51,403 nucleotides of DNA from Firmicutes bacterium CAG:124 (lineage in GTDB: Bacteria > Bacillota > Clostridia > Oscillospirales > Oscillospiraceae). The position numbers were made by a program, and so were the translations under genes. The stretch is taken from contig HF990602.1 of assembly GCA_000432135.1 (NCBI GenBank), positions 1 to 51,403 of the forward strand, in the 5' to 3' direction. This document shows positions 1 to 7,134 of the stretch, in pieces. The notes under the pieces are model-generated. The model did not search any database, was not told the DNA's origin, and worked only from the letters and a program-made list of their open reading frames with translations. Within the stretch, counting starts at the first letter, position 1. Each line of letters starts with the position of its first letter.

Positions 1-62
1 AGCGCCCCTTTTCTCCCCCATCTTTTCCGGCAAGACGGAAAAGATGGGGCCGCCGGAGGCAC
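1..62. repeat. Hairpin-containing intergenic repeat; reverse-complement copy of 13679-13740
   Basis: agcgccccttttctcccc...cttttccggcaagacggaaaaga..gggccg matches the reverse complement of 13679-13740; 14-bp stem at 16-29/36-49. Confidence 0.85.
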
Positions 63-242
63 GTCGGAAACGGCTTCGACGGAACGAGTCTCCGCTATGC
101 GCGAAGCCTCTTATCATCTTAAGACCGTTTCCTCCTCTTTCCTGCCGAACCGCTTCGCTGGGTTCGCCGGGAATCTCCGGTGTCAGCAAAACAAGCCCCT
201 CATCATGCAGTCCAATGCGCATGACAAGGGGCGTCTTTGTTT

Positions 243-773
243 TTACCGGTAGCACAGCACAGAGAACCACGTCACGAGATTGCCGTTATAAAACTCGATC
301 CCGTTCCGCTCAGCCAGCGCGGTTGCGACGATGCCGTAGCTTTCAACGCAGGGGAACATTCTATCCGGGTGGCGGCAGGGGGCGTCCGGGTAGGCGCATT
401 TGGTGCAGATGGCGCAGGATTCCGTGGAGAGCGTCAGCACGTCTGGGGAAAATTGCAGCAGAATATCCCGCACCTGCCGCGTAAGCGCCTCGTGCGCGCC
501 GCGCGTGGCAAGCGTTGCGGCCATGTCCGCGATGTCGCTGACCTCGGCCAGCGAGGTAAAGACCAGCGCGCCCGGATATGACAGCACCCGGTTCCGGCAG
601 GCCTCGACCGTGCCGACCGCAGGCGGACAGGCCCAGCTTGTCCCGTACATGGGGCACTCGTGCTCGCAGACATAGCGCACGCGCTCGGAAAATTCAATCT
701 CACGCGGGTCGATCCATGCGTACTGACTGACCGGCAGCTGGCACAACTGCTGCTCGACGGCCTGTTTATCCAT
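243..773 (-). CDS. DUF2284-family Cys-rich putative metal-binding protein
   Basis: CxxxCxxYGxxWxCPPAVG and CxxCxxCxYPDAPCRHP...PCVE motifs. Confidence 0.8.
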   Translation of the reverse strand: MDKQAVEQQLCQLPVSQYAWIDPREIEFSERVRYVCEHECPMYGTSWACPPAVGTVEACRNRVLSYPGALVFTSLAEVSDIADMAATLATRGAHEALTRQVRDILLQFSPDVLTLSTESCAICTKCAYPDAPCRHPDRMFPCVESYGIVATALAERNGIEFYNGNLVTWFSVLCYR

Positions 774-835
774 TCCGGTTCACCTCATTTGTGTTTTCCT
801 GTATTGTATCCGGCAGCGCGCAAAACGTCAAGCCG

Positions 836-2332
836 TCAGAGCGTCACGGCCTTTGTCGCAACGCGGTCGCAGAACACACGGTCGTGCTCGACGAAAACGA
901 TCGTCGGCTGGAATTCCAGCAGCAGTTCCTCAAGCTGAATGCGCGAGAGCACGTCCACATAATTGAGCGGCTCGTCCCAGACAAGCAGGTGCGACGGTTC
1001 GCACAGGCTTCGCGCCAGCAGAACCTTTTTCTTCTGCCCGGCGGAAAAGTCCGCCATGTCCTTTTCAAACTGCACCCGTGCAAAGTCCAGCTTGCGCAAG
1101 ATCGCCTTGAACAGACTCTCGTCCAACTCATGCTGCGCGGCATAGGCGGAAAGATCGCCCCGCAGACCGGATGGGTCCTGCTGCACATGGGAAATTTGCA
1201 GCCGGGAGCCGCACTCTACCGTCCCGGTGTGCGGAATGTTCTCGCCGCACAACAGGCGCAGCAGGCTTGTCTTTCCGGTGCCATTCGCGCCGCGCAGCGC
1301 GATCCGGTCGCCCTGTTCGACGGAAAAGGTCACGCCGGAGCAGACGGGTACATCGCCATAGCACACCGAAACATTCCGCAGAAGCGCCAACCGGTTGGTG
1401 TGATACGGCAGCTGATGCAGCTTCAGGGGCGCGGCCTGCTCAATATTTTTCAGGAGCGCCGATTTTTCCTCAATGGCGGCGTTCTGCCGCCGTTCGAGAT
1501 TCTTGCGCCGCTGCTGCATACGACGCGACTGCTCACCGATGTAGGCCCGGCCGCCCATGGCGTCGGCTTCGCCCGTCACCTTGGCCGAGTGCGGGCCGAT
1601 CTTCGTGTTTTCAACCTTGTCTGCCCATGCGCGCGACTGCCGCGCGGCCTGTTTCAGGCGGCCGATTTCTTTTTTCAGCTGTGCATTCTGCGCCAGTTCA
1701 AACGCGTCCTGCCGCTGCTTATTTTCGTACCATGAGGAAAAATTGCCCCGCTGCACCTCGATGCTGCTGCGGCCTATGGATAGGATATGATCGACGCAGC
1801 CGTCTAAAAACGCGCGGTCATGCGAGACGAGCAGAAAACCGGACTTTTTCGCCAGATACCGGCTGACGAGCGCGCGGCCCGTCTCGTCCAGATGATTCGT
1901 TGGCTCGTCGATGAGCAAATACCGGCCCTCCCGCGCGAACAGCAGCGCCAGCAGAAGCTTTGCCTGTTCGCCGCCGGAAAGCGTGGAAAACGGGCGGTAC
2001 AGCACATCGTCTGCAACCGCGAGCGGAGCCAGTTCCCGCCGGAAACGCCATTCCGGCACGTCCGGGAAGCTGCGCTCCAGCAGTTCCAGCGGCGTAAGCG
2101 ATGCGTCCGGAACCGGATACGGGAAATACTCGAACCCGCCGGGGGCCGTGATCGTGCCCTGATGGGGATACTGCCCCTGCAGGAGCCGCAGTAGCGTTGT
2201 TTTGCCGCGTCCGTTGCGGCCCGTCAGACCGAGACGCCAATCGGTGTCAAACTGGAAGCTGACATGCTCAAACACATTGTCAAAGCTGCCGGGATATGCA
2301 AAGGTCAGGTCTGTAATTTGGATCAATGCCAT
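836..2332 (-). CDS. lsa: Lsa-family ABC-F ribosomal protection ATPase (lincosamide/streptogramin A/pleuromutilin type)
   Basis: Two ABC domains (GRNGRGKTT, LSGGEQ, DEPTNHLD; GANGTGKTS, FSAGQ, DEPLNYVD), no TM segments; N-terminus LTFAYPGSFDNVFEHVSFQFDTDWRLGLTGRNGRGKTT is typical of Lsa; RBS GGGGAGG. Confidence 0.85.
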   Translation of the reverse strand: MALIQITDLTFAYPGSFDNVFEHVSFQFDTDWRLGLTGRNGRGKTTLLRLLQGQYPHQGTITAPGGFEYFPYPVPDASLTPLELLERSFPDVPEWRFRRELAPLAVADDVLYRPFSTLSGGEQAKLLLALLFAREGRYLLIDEPTNHLDETGRALVSRYLAKKSGFLLVSHDRAFLDGCVDHILSIGRSSIEVQRGNFSSWYENKQRQDAFELAQNAQLKKEIGRLKQAARQSRAWADKVENTKIGPHSAKVTGEADAMGGRAYIGEQSRRMQQRRKNLERRQNAAIEEKSALLKNIEQAAPLKLHQLPYHTNRLALLRNVSVCYGDVPVCSGVTFSVEQGDRIALRGANGTGKTSLLRLLCGENIPHTGTVECGSRLQISHVQQDPSGLRGDLSAYAAQHELDESLFKAILRKLDFARVQFEKDMADFSAGQKKKVLLARSLCEPSHLLVWDEPLNYVDVLSRIQLEELLLEFQPTIVFVEHDRVFCDRVATKAVTL

Positions 2333-2383
2333 CGATATGCCCTCCCCGGTAACCGCTGATTGGATCAGCGGTTACCTGATCAT

Positions 2384-2418
2384 AAAAAATTGGCTGCGGG
2401 AAACGATCCCACAGCCGA
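2384..2418 (-). terminator. Intrinsic terminator (attenuator) in the lsa leader
   Basis: Minus strand reads GGCTGTGGGA-tcgtt-TCCCGCAGCC then AATTTTTT, ~50 nt before the lsa start. Confidence 0.75.
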
Positions 2419-2550
2419 AGGGCATCCTGCGCCTGCCGTAAAATGGGCAGACGGTCTGCACGGAAGCTGAGAGGTCAAGCAGATTTCCCGCGAAAAGGCA
2501 TAGCGAACCAGACGGTCTTCACCGCCGGGTGTTACGATTGTGCCATGCTT

Positions 2551-2571
2551 TCAGCAGGAGATCATGCGCAT
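2551..2571 (-). CDS. Leader peptide (uORF) MRMISC of the lsa attenuator
   Basis: AAGGGAG RBS, 9 nt, then ATG CGC ATG ATC TCC TGC TGA; lies between the promoter and the leader terminator. Confidence 0.7.
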   Translation of the reverse strand: MRMISC

Positions 2572-2604
2572 GCTCTCAAACTCCCTTCTTGTTTTTATGG
2601 TTCC

Positions 2605-2633
2605 AGTTTAGCATACGGCGCGGAAAAACGCAA
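2605..2633 (-). promoter_or_regulatory. Sigma-A promoter for the lsa leader
   Basis: TTGCGT-17 nt-TAAACT with extended -10 TG. Confidence 0.65.
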
Positions 2634-2719
2634 GCACCGGTAAAAATTCGCAGAAAAACGCCCCCGGCACGGTGTGTGAGATGCCGGGAGCGTATCGTGC
2701 AGCGGGCGGAAAATGCTCA

Positions 2720-2748
2720 TTGCACAGGATGAAAAAAAGTGATATACT
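2720..2748 (+). promoter_or_regulatory. Sigma-A promoter upstream of the XRE gene
   Basis: TTGCAC-17 nt-TATACT with TG extension. Confidence 0.7.
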
Positions 2749-2934
2749 AAATCACAGTATATCGCCCGGACGGCGGCCCGTCGGCGGCCCTCCGAAACTG
2801 TCTGTATTCTAGCACCGGGTGGCGCAAAATGCACCCTACCGGCGCGGACAGGCGCGATACCCGTTGGAGAACGGCACTCTACCGGCAGTAGAATTTCCTG
2901 TAATACCAATGCTTTTCGGGAAGGGGGCGTCCTT

Positions 2935-3534
2935 ATGCTTCAGGACGAACAGACACTGCGGCGAACCGTCGCAAAAAACATCGCCGCTTACCGCAAATCC
3001 CATAAGGACACCCAGCTGGACCTTGCGCGCAAGCTCAATTACTCCGATAAATCCGTTTCCAAGTGGGAGCGCGGAGAGGGTCTGCCGGACGTGTATATCC
3101 TCGCGCAGATCGCGCAGCTCTACGGCGTGACCGTCAGCAACCTCATTGGAGAAGAGGAGCCGCCCAAGAAGGCCAACCCGCATTTTCATATTTATGTGCT
3201 GCTGCTGTCCGTGGCGCTGGTGTTCGTGATCGCGGCGATTTTGTTCACTGCCTTTACCATCGCCGCCGTGCCGTTCCCGTCGTGGCTGTTTTTCCTGTAC
3301 GCTGTGCCGGTGTCGAGCATCGTGTGCATCGTCTTCACCTCCCTCTGGTGGGGCATCCTGATGCAGGGCCTGTCCATCACGGCCCTCATCTGGTCAGCCG
3401 GGGCCTGCATCTATCTGTCGATCCCCATCCCCATCCCGAACCTGAGCCTTATTTTCGTCGTCTGCGCCGCCGTGCAGGTCCTCATCACCCTCTGGGAGCT
3501 GTTCCGCTTCTCCCGGACAAGAACATGGTTCTGA
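2935..3534 (+). CDS. XRE-family HTH regulator with C-terminal multi-pass membrane domain
   Basis: TQLDLARKLNYSDKSVSKWERGEGLPD HTH_3 motif followed by ~4 hydrophobic helices. Confidence 0.85.
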   Translation: MLQDEQTLRRTVAKNIAAYRKSHKDTQLDLARKLNYSDKSVSKWERGEGLPDVYILAQIAQLYGVTVSNLIGEEEPPKKANPHFHIYVLLLSVALVFVIAAILFTAFTIAAVPFPSWLFFLYAVPVSSIVCIVFTSLWWGILMQGLSITALIWSAGACIYLSIPIPIPNLSLIFVVCAAVQVLITLWELFRFSRTRTWF

Positions 3535-3544
3535 GCGCATCAGT

Positions 3545-3575
3545 CTCCCCCGGAGCAGCCGGGGGAGGCTTTTTG
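3545..3575 (+). terminator. Intrinsic terminator
   Basis: ctcccccgg-agcag-ccgggggag followed by a T-run. Confidence 0.75.
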
Positions 3576-3642
3576 TATATCCGGCCCGGCGGTCTGAACT
3601 ACCGGCGCGGCAGCGGCTGCAAATCTATAAGTATATTCCGGT

Positions 3643-3683
3643 AAAAGGGAACCCGCGCACACTGTTTCGGTGTGCGCGGGTTC
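3643..3683 (-). terminator. Intrinsic terminator of the convergent minus-strand operon
   Basis: 14-bp perfect stem 3649-3662/3670-3683, then cctttt on the minus strand. Confidence 0.7.
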
Positions 3684-3704
3684 GTATATTGAGGGAAAAG
3701 GGGA

Positions 3705-4160
3705 TCACGAAAGCTTGCCGTCCGCCGAACAGGTGAGGGTCACGGAGGCGGGAGCGGTTGCGGTCAGGTGGCGGAACGTTGCGCTCGCCGTTGCCGAGGC
3801 ACCGGTGCAGCTGGCGCTGCCGCGTACAAACGACCATGTGGATACCTGAACGGAATAGTCATAATCAGCGTTGGTTGCTGTCGCAGTGTTTCCTGTGTAA
3901 GTAAAATGTCCAATTACCGAGAGAGAGTATAGCTTTTCGTGACTGCTGCTATAGTAATCGCGGGTTTTCTGGCCGGAAATGGACGATGCTGCGCGGCCGT
4001 TCTGCGCCGAAGGAAAAACAGTAATTGTTGTAATGTAATAAGAACCGTCTTCCAGATAGGTTATGCTTTGCGCAGATGCAGCGCACGCGGGGAAACAAAA
4101 TGAGGAAACGAGAATTGCAGCGAGAAGGATAAGCGCGAGTGTCGATTTCAAGGTTTTCAT
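3705..4160 (-). CDS. Hypothetical secreted protein
   Basis: AGGAGG RBS before MKTLKSTLALILLAAIL...ACA signal peptide; true start is later than the ORF-track start. Confidence 0.7.
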   Translation of the reverse strand: MKTLKSTLALILLAAILVSSFCFPACAASAQSITYLEDGSYYITTITVFPSAQNGRAASSISGQKTRDYYSSSHEKLYSLSVIGHFTYTGNTATATNADYDYSVQVSTWSFVRGSASCTGASATASATFRHLTATAPASVTLTCSADGKLS

Positions 4161-4177
4161 GTCATGCCCTCCTGATG

Positions 4178-4605
4178 TTATTGTTCGGTTCCTGACAAGT
4201 CTGTTGCAGGCAAGATCACAATGTGCTCTTCTGCGTATGCAGCAGAGTGATCTGTCATCTCCTGGCCATATATGAGTGCAGCACAGCAGACGAATAGAAC
4301 GATTATGGCAGCGGCCAGAATATATTTCCAACGCCGCTTTTTCTGATAGGCATGCACACGCTCTGGCGCAATTCCGCTCAAAAGCTCCTGTGCAGCTTCG
4401 TCCGGTGTTCCGACGCGGGCAATCAGTTCGTCCAGCGAGGCGCAGTCCTGTGCGGCCTCGGTCAACTCGCCCCGCAGTCCGGCCAGCAGCTGTCTGCGCT
4501 GCGCCGCCGGGAGCGGCAGCCGCTTTGCGACCGCCCGGCCGGCGTCGCGGGGTACCGGCTCCTTGCCCGGCAGTATTGCCGGATCACGGCGTCATTATGC
4601 TTCAT
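4178..4605 (-). pseudogene. PadR-partner (HAAS-like) membrane protein disrupted by a 32-bp insertion
   Basis: Removing one GCCCGGC copy plus 25 nt restores a 131-aa frame MKHNDAVIRQYCRAVAKRLPL...RVGTPDEAAQELL followed by a TM helix. Confidence 0.65.
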
Positions 4606-4957
4606 GTCCGTCCCAATCCTCCATCAGCTGCTGAAACACACCGGAAATCTCGGCATACTCAGCCAGCGTCTGCCGCAGATAGTCCCGTCCGGCAGGCGTA
4701 ACGGCATAGTAATTGCGCGCACGGCCGTCTACGATCTCGCTGGAGCTGATCTCGAGATAGCCCTGCTCCTCCAGCCGGTACAGGACGGGATACAGCAGAG
4801 AAAGCTGATATTTTCCGCCCGAGCGCTGCTTTAATTCCTGAATCAGTTCATACCCATACATCGGCCGGTCGGATAAGATCCGCAAAACGGCCAGCGGGCT
4901 GGTCGCCCGCTTGAAATACGCCAAAAACGAATGCCCGGAATCCTCCTGCTTCGCCAT
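4595..4957 (-). CDS. PadR-family transcriptional regulator
   Basis: MYGYELIQEL...LLYPVLYRLEEQGYL...RARNYYAVTPAGR signature. Confidence 0.9.
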   Translation of the reverse strand: MAKQEDSGHSFLAYFKRATSPLAVLRILSDRPMYGYELIQELKQRSGGKYQLSLLYPVLYRLEEQGYLEISSSEIVDGRARNYYAVTPAGRDYLRQTLAEYAEISGVFQQLMEDWDGHEA

Positions 4958-5033
4958 AGGCCTCCCTCCTTCCGGATGAGGGTGTCGACGATAGTTTTAT
5001 AGCACAGTATTTTTCAAAAGTTAATATTAAGCA

Positions 5034-5062
5034 TTGACCAATAATAAAAAATATTGTATTCT
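5034..5062 (+). promoter_or_regulatory. Sigma-A promoter
   Basis: TTGACC-17 nt-TATTCT. Confidence 0.55.
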
Positions 5063-5153
5063 GACTATAGAAAATAACAGGAAGGGGTGAAGAGTCAGGG
5101 GAAGCAAGGGTAGTTTGTCAACTGTATGTGCAGACAACGAAAGGAGTAAAAAC

Positions 5154-6080
5154 ATGAAAAAATTAATTAGTTTGATTTTATGTGTAGTTGTTATTCTCAC
5201 CTTCGCTGTTCCGGCATTCGCAGCAGATGCTGCTTACAACTTTGCTGAGGATGCAAGCATGAAGTACACAATCCCCACAAAATATGATTCTGTTCTCAGA
5301 TCACAAACCGGCGAATATGCAATGATTTGTGGTGATGTGATTCAACCTGTTGGACGGATGAATTTGGAGTTGTCCGATGAATCCGCAGTCAATTTATTTC
5401 TTGGGACAGATGATATCCCAAAAGAAGTTAAAGAGTACGTTGAAGAGTTGGTTAAAAGAAACGAACTAGATGAAAATAACAATTTAACTGTGACGTATTT
5501 CTCACCGCTTCTTCTTGATGGTAATTCCTATACAAACACTGGCAGTTATAATGGTATGTCCATGAGAACAGATGGAATCTATATTGAAAATATGCCCACT
5601 GGATTCTTTTTCAGCGTAAACGGTTCCAAAGCAAAAGAACGTGCAGCGGCAATTGACAGAATTACGTTTTCCATCGCGGGAATGATATGCGAAAAGTTAG
5701 GCTTTGGACAAAGCTTGCTTGAAATCTACGAAAATGCGACTGGACAAACTGTAGTTGCTGCGGCGTCAAGTGACTTTACACAAGTTCAGTTGATGTATGA
5801 TAATTACAGGCAATGGACTTATGGATTATATGGCGGAACAGATTGGCAGTTGGGATATGCTTCGGAAAAAGTCATTATAAGAGATGTTGAGTTTTATCAG
5901 AATTTTACTGTTAATGGTAAGCCAAGGCAGCAAAATGTTCATATGCCGGGGAAGACTGTAAAGTCAACACATTTCGATGATCCGTGGGCAACTGCATATT
6001 ATAGTATACTGTCGCCGCTTGATGAATGGATCAGTTGTGAAATCGGTGGAATAACGTGGACTTTTGCGTCGTGGGTATAA
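5154..6080 (+). CDS. Hypothetical secreted protein, AT-rich
   Basis: AAGGAG RBS; signal peptide MKKLISLILCVVVILTFAVPAFA; visibly lower GC than the flanks. Confidence 0.75.
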   Translation: MKKLISLILCVVVILTFAVPAFAADAAYNFAEDASMKYTIPTKYDSVLRSQTGEYAMICGDVIQPVGRMNLELSDESAVNLFLGTDDIPKEVKEYVEELVKRNELDENNNLTVTYFSPLLLDGNSYTNTGSYNGMSMRTDGIYIENMPTGFFFSVNGSKAKERAAAIDRITFSIAGMICEKLGFGQSLLEIYENATGQTVVAAASSDFTQVQLMYDNYRQWTYGLYGGTDWQLGYASEKVIIRDVEFYQNFTVNGKPRQQNVHMPGKTVKSTHFDDPWATAYYSILSPLDEWISCEIGGITWTFASWV

Positions 6081-6108
6081 GCGCTATTGGCTTAACACGA
6101 ACAAACAA

Positions 6109-6573
6109 ATGAAATCAAAAAAGATCATTCTCACACTTGCAATCGTCCTCCTGGCCGTTGTGGGGACGCTGCTCTGGTTCCGGCCGAAGACGGTGATTCT
6201 GCCGGAAAACTGCCGATTGATGGTCGACACGGGCGAAGAGAGCTTGGCCGAAGGGATGTGGATAGAAGACCCGGAGCAGAAGGCACAGCTGTTGGAGCTG
6301 CTGTCTGCGTTCCGCATCCGCCGGTACCTGTCGCAGCCGGCAACGGATTTTCCGCCGGGGCTGGCGCTGAAGTTTGGAGACTTTGCAAGAATCGAGGTCT
6401 ATCTGCCGGACACGGACCAGCTGACCGCGTATTATACCGTGTCTCTGATCCAGCCGTCCATGGGAATCTTCACCGATATTTCCACCCAAAAGCGCTGGAA
6501 GCTGACGGGCCGCGATGAGATCGCGGCGGTCGCCGCGTATATCACACAGCTGACCGGGCAGGCCCCGTCCTGA
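6109..6573 (+). CDS. Hypothetical membrane-anchored protein
   Basis: N-terminal TM MKSKKIILTLAIVLLAVVGTLLWF; start uncertain (weak RBS). Confidence 0.6.
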   Translation: MKSKKIILTLAIVLLAVVGTLLWFRPKTVILPENCRLMVDTGEESLAEGMWIEDPEQKAQLLELLSAFRIRRYLSQPATDFPPGLALKFGDFARIEVYLPDTDQLTAYYTVSLIQPSMGIFTDISTQKRWKLTGRDEIAAVAAYITQLTGQAPS

Positions 6574-6591
6574 AGAAAGGAGAACAGGCCT

Positions 6592-7011
6592 ATGAAACGT
6601 CTTGCTGCGCTTTTTCTGGCCGTGTGGCTGCTGCTTCTGATGGGCTGCGCAGCTTCGCGGCAGCTGGAGCAGGTATGTGGGGCGGAGAACTGGTCGTCCG
6701 TCCAGCTGGTTGAGCGATATGACCGGGCCGGAGAGGAGGCCATGCCGCTTTCCCCGGATGCGGTCAGTCTGGAGGCGCTTCGGGCGCTGCTGCACGAAGC
6801 GTACGCAAAGCCCGCCTATGCGTCCGCACAGCTTCCCGTGCCGTGCATCCAGCTCTTCCTGTCCTGTGAGGACGGAACGCTCTGCACACTTGCCGTCGGA
6901 GCAAACGGGCGTGTCGTCCTGACCGCGCATTCCGAGGGCAGCGAAACCGCGTCTTACTGGAATACAGGCTCTTCGGCGCTGTATGACGCGCTTCTGGCGA
7001 TGATAAATTGA
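6592..7011 (+). CDS. Hypothetical lipoprotein
   Basis: AAAGGAG RBS; lipobox LMGC. Confidence 0.7.
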   Translation: MKRLAALFLAVWLLLLMGCAASRQLEQVCGAENWSSVQLVERYDRAGEEAMPLSPDAVSLEALRALLHEAYAKPAYASAQLPVPCIQLFLSCEDGTLCTLAVGANGRVVLTAHSEGSETASYWNTGSSALYDALLAMIN

Positions 7012-7060
7012 AAAAAACCGGCGCGCTTTGGATGGTTTGTGCATCCAAAGCGCGCCGGTT
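7011..7060. terminator. 19-bp perfect inverted repeat, terminator-like
   Basis: 7016-7034/7042-7060 with an A-run on the left (U-tract on the minus strand). Confidence 0.65.
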
Positions 7061-7067
7061 GTCTGCA

Positions 7068-7096
7068 TTGACAGCACGTCCCCGATGTGATATGAT
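7068..7096 (+). promoter_or_regulatory. Sigma-A promoter for the helicase gene
   Basis: TTGACA-17 nt-TATGAT with TG extension. Confidence 0.8.
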
Positions 7097-7134
7097 ATTT
7101 TAGAAATTTTGTTCGTATTCAAGGAGGGACGCGC

